In this document: one piece after another, positions 9,036-11,853 of the stretch | Layout of the letters: each line of letters begins with the position of its first letter | Position numbering within the stretch: the stretch's first letter is position 1 | Origin: Paraspadella gotoi | Taxonomy: Eukaryota; Animalia; Chaetognatha | Direction of reading: 5' to 3' | Assembly: GCA_051294375.1 (NCBI GenBank) | Contig: JBJCIZ010001176.1 | Location: 1 to 11,853 of the forward strand | Length of the DNA: 11,853 bases | Position numbers and translations under genes: made by a program | Notes under the pieces: generated by a model | Databases searched by the model: none | What the model saw: the letters and a program-made list of their open reading frames with translations, nothing else | Told to the model about the DNA's origin: nothing

Positions 9036-9548
9036 TGTGGCGGTTAGACTAGGAGCGCCACGTGAGTCTACGTATCTGACTTCGAATTTTATTTTGAATG
9101 ATTAATGTGTCCAGAACAAAGTCTTTATTTTGTTCATCAATAAAAACAGACCTTAATAAAATAATCAAAGCATATAGATATTCTATATGCATTAACAAAG
9201 AATACAAAAGCATAATACTAATGACACATTCAATAAACAATATCGATTCAATAATAAACAATAATGAATTTACTAAACATTAACAAGGTGAGATGAACGG
9301 TAAGGTGAATCTATTGTGAATGGTTAATGAATGAACTTGGTAAGTTACAATAATTTATGTCAGTGACATCTTTTAGAGAAACATATAATGCTATACGCGA
9401 TTATAGTGTTCTTATGTTTTACATATGGTTATTTCACATGCTACAATAGTTATGGAGAAGAATGGAATATCTATATATTAAGAACCCGAGTGGCGATAAC
9501 CACTAAGAAAATGGGATTGACCCGAAGGTTCGTGGTTTAATGGCTACA
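9036..9548 (-). repeat. 5' LTR (~513 bp, AT-rich)
   Basis: TGT...ACA termini. It abuts the PBS on one side. On the other, similarity to the window start ends just beyond CTACA (9548 versus 38). Confidence 0.92.
9088..9093 (-). promoter_or_regulatory. Candidate polyadenylation signal AATAAA in the LTR (second candidate at 9124-9129)
   Basis: Minus-strand AATAAA about 50 nt before the LTR 3' end, also retained in the inverted copy. The AT-rich context lowers specificity. Confidence 0.5.
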
Positions 9549-9584
9549 TCTCACCCAATATTGTTTCTACCCTCGCGCCGACAT

Positions 9585-9750
9585 CTCTCACCCTCCATCA
9601 TTCCCTCGTTCCTTCCTCTCCTCACCCCACAACATTTCCTCTCCCCTTATCCCTCTCCCTTTTCTCTCTCACCACCTTTCACCCCTTTCACTCCCCTCTC
9701 CCTTTTCCTCCCCCCTCTTCCTCCCCCCCTTCCTCGATCTTTCCTCCTCA
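9585..9750 (+). repeat. Polypyrimidine (C/T-rich) low-complexity tract in the host flank
   Basis: Almost entirely C/T. It is mirrored as a purine tract at about 11125-11310. Confidence 0.85.
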
Positions 9751-9829
9751 AAAATTCGAGTCGTGTTTTCGTCCTCCACTTTTTATGGCGCAATTATGGT
9801 CGTAACCGGCGAAGAAGGCGAGATTATCG

Positions 9830-10260
9830 AATGCGATCATCGAAGCAGATGCGATGCTGAGGAAGGAGATGCGATCGAGGAGTTGCGATCGGAGGAAGGA
9901 TATACGATAGAGGTTGCGATCGTAGAAGTATTGTGATTGGAGGGAGTTGCAATCGTAGGAAGGAGATGCGATCAGCGAGTTGCTATCGGAGGAAGGAGGT
10001 GCGATTGGACTTGCGATAGGAGGAAGAAGATGCGATCGAAGGAAGGAGATGCATTTCAGAGAAGGTGTTCGATCGTAAGAAGGATATATGATTGGAGGAG
10101 TTGCGATTGTAAGAAGGAGATGCGATCGGAGGAGGTGTGATAGAAGGAATTAGATGAGATTGAGGGAGTTGCGATCATAGGAAGCAGATGCGATCAGAGG
10201 AGTTGCGATCAGAGGAAAGAAAGGCGTCGCAAAAAATGCGATCACAGAAACTGAGATCAC
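9830..10260 (+). repeat. Degenerate minisatellite with TGCGATC core and mixed ~19-nt and ~14-15-nt subunits
   Basis: Recurring TGCGATC-GGAGGAAGGAGA and TGCGATC-(G)GAGGAGT variants, more than 20 cores by eye. Confidence 0.85.
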
Positions 10261-10617
10261 GCAAAAGAGTTTTATGAATGTAAAATTATAATGATGTAAA
10301 TAACACATTTACAAAATTACAACAACTTAATTGTGCAGGATGTTTGTTAGTTTTCTCTCGCTGGCCACCACATTAATTAGCGATTTACTATTTACTGAAT
10401 ATATTAAAATGTTATGAAAAACGTATATTTGACAACGCTTTTTATTGTTAAAAAATAGCCAATTAAACAAAATATTAAAAAGTGTTTTTTCAAATTTTGA
10501 ATCAGTGATTATTATTCAATTATAGTTAAAAGAATGAAACACTTTTTGCTTATATAGATTCCACTTGTTTCTCCGTTATGATTGAGTTGATGTTTTCATA
10601 GGCCTTTAGCTACTCTC

Positions 10618-10680
10618 CAGAGAGCAGAGAGTATACGAGGAAGAGAGAGAACCAGAGAGAGAGCAGCAGAGACGAGAGCG
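10618..10680 (+). repeat. Imperfect (GA)n-rich microsatellite
   Basis: agagcagagagtatacgaggaagagagagaaccagagagagagcagcagagacgagag. Confidence 0.65.
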
Positions 10681-10821
10681 CCACAATATCCAAACACCAA
10701 CTTTTTCGATCCAAATAATTAATTACGATTATCTTTTTTTTCCGCATCCAGCATTCGCATAATAAAAATTCCAGAAACAAGCACAAGCGGTGAAAAGAGA
10801 AAAAATGAGAAAAACGAATGA

Positions 10822-10885
10822 TGAGAGTGAGAGAGAGAGAGAGAGAGATGAGAGAGAGAGAGTGACGACGAGAATAGCGAGAGAG
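10822..10885 (+). repeat. (GA)n microsatellite
   Basis: gagagtgagagagagagagagagagatgagagagagagagtga. Confidence 0.85.
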
Positions 10886-11164
10886 GTCAATATTTGAGAT
10901 ATAGAATTAAGGGATGTGCTTTTAAAATGAATAACTACAACCCCGCGTTTAAAAAGCGCGGACAGACTCCAGTTAACACCGGCGGCCAAACACCGGCGGC
11001 AAACTGCCGGCGAACAGGCCTCCAGCCGCTCCGAATGTCCATTAACCTTCCACTGATATCAACGGAGTCATGGGGGAAATTAAGACTTTCCCGTTTTCCC
11101 GGACGCTTCTTTCCTTCAGCAGGAAGTGAGAGGAAGGAAAGATGGGACCTGGAGGAGTAGACAT

Positions 11165-11853
11165 CAGGGGAGGAGAGAAGAGGAGGGAAGGAAAGGGGAG
11201 GGATGAAGGGTGAAAGGTTGGTGAGAGAGAAAAGGGAGAGGGATAAGGAGAGGAATGTCTGGGGGTGAGGAAGAGAAGGAACGAGGGAATGATGGAGGAG
11301 GTGAGAGATTGTCGGCGCGAGGTAGAAACAAATATTTGGGTGAGATTAGGATTAAACCACGCAACCTTCGGGTCATCCCATTTTTCTTAGTGGCTATCGC
11401 CACTCGGTTCAAATATATAGATATTCCATTCTTCTCCAATTAACTAGTATGTAGCATGTGAAATAACCATTATGTAAAAACATAAGAACACTATAATCGC
11501 GTATAGCATATATGTTTCTCTAACAGATGTCACTGACATAAATTATTGTAACTTACAAGTTCATTCATTTAACCATTCACAATAGATTCACCTTACCGTT
11601 CATCTCCCTTGTAATGTTTCAGTAATTCATTATTGTTTATTATTTGATTTCTGATATTGTTTTATTGACTGTGTCATTAGTAATTATGCTTTTGTATTCT
11701 TTTGTTAATGCATATAGGAATATCTATATGCTTTTGATTGATTTTATTAAGGTCTGTTTTTAATTGGAGAGCAAAAATAAAGACTTTTTGCTGGACACGC
11801 GAGGGTTGAATGCATTCAAAATAAATGATTGATCGAAGTCAGATACGTAGACT
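11165..11853 (+). repeat. Inverted copy of ~9065-9732 (host flank plus most of the LTR)
   Basis: The last 12 nt, gatacgtagact, are the reverse complement of 9065-9076. Similarity continues across the LTR boundary into the flank (gtcggcgcgaggtagaaacaaatatttgggtgaga versus about 9549-9582). Confidence 0.93.
11346..11853 (+). mobile_element. LTR of the same element in + orientation, lacking the last 29 bp of U5 at the window end
   Basis: Indel-rich reverse complement of 9065-9548. Confidence 0.9.

Larger units (their letters stand above)
375..9069. repeat. Direct tandem duplication: unit A 375-4799 (4425 bp), unit B 4800-9069 (4270 bp)
   Basis: The units are collinear and near-identical throughout. 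They differ mostly by 1-bp indels plus two larger deletions in unit B. Confidence 0.95.
1..9548 (-). mobile_element. Ty3/gypsy (Metaviridae) LTR retrotransposon, CsRN1-like clade, with duplicated internal region; 3' LTR truncated by the window edge
   Basis: The TG...CA LTR at 9036-9548 is matched by 1-38. A PBS, a PPT, a CHCC Gag and pol motifs in PR-RT-RH-IN order (DGGA, YLDD, TDASD/DRELY/TDH, HHCC, D-D-E, GPF) are all present. Confidence 0.95.

Noticed and set aside
9482-9548. Functional tRNA gene
   Set aside because: It has no proper D or anticodon arm and no 3' acceptor strand. Kept only as a tRNA-like relic finding.
9549-9552. Target site duplication (TCTC flank)
   Set aside because: The outer end of the 3' LTR lies outside the window, so a TSD cannot be tested.
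9830-10260. CRISPR array or repeat-protein gene (ORFs 9937-10140, 9540-9860)
   Set aside because: There are no unique spacers or cas genes and the context is eukaryotic. Irregular unit lengths do not preserve frame.
10933-10940. AACTACAA resembling a CACTA transposon terminus
   Set aside because: The first base mismatches, and I found no partner TIR or TSD in the window.
9049-11443. Short ORFs in the LTR, spacer and purine tracts (9049-9261, 9098-9283, 10729-10989, 10894-11160, 11164-11443)
   Set aside because: These are low-complexity or microsatellite translations, and those within the inverted arms are not conserved between the two arms.
9065-11853. Foldback/MITE DNA transposon with long TIRs, or a DIRS-type element with inverted LTRs
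   Set aside because: The arms are a gypsy LTR plus its flank. There is no transposase or tyrosine recombinase, and the element has a DDE integrase, PBS and PPT.

Overview
This is eukaryotic (probably invertebrate) repeat DNA with no recognisable host gene. Positions 1-9548 are a minus-strand Ty3/gypsy LTR retrotransposon with CsRN1-clade hallmarks: a C-X2-H-X9-C-X3-C Gag motif, a tRNA-Trp-type PBS, a G GGA AAC -1 frameshift site and PR-RT-RH-IN order. The 5' LTR is at 9036-9548. The PPT and the first 38 bp of the 3' LTR lie at the window start. The internal region occurs twice head-to-tail (375-4799 and 4800-9069), joined through only 34 bp of U5 rather than a full LTR. The LTR plus about 190 bp of its host flank is repeated in inverted orientation at about 11165-11853. 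The arms enclose a spacer of about 1.4 kb holding a TGCGATC-core minisatellite, AT-rich DNA and GA microsatellites. Dense 1-bp indels and N-masked runs indicate low-accuracy long-read sequence, so most frameshifts, and possibly both duplications, may be technical. The most intriguing biological signal is a degenerate tRNA-like (Trp-like) segment at the U3 end of the LTR, which could be part of a bipartite primer-binding site. All alignments were done by eye.
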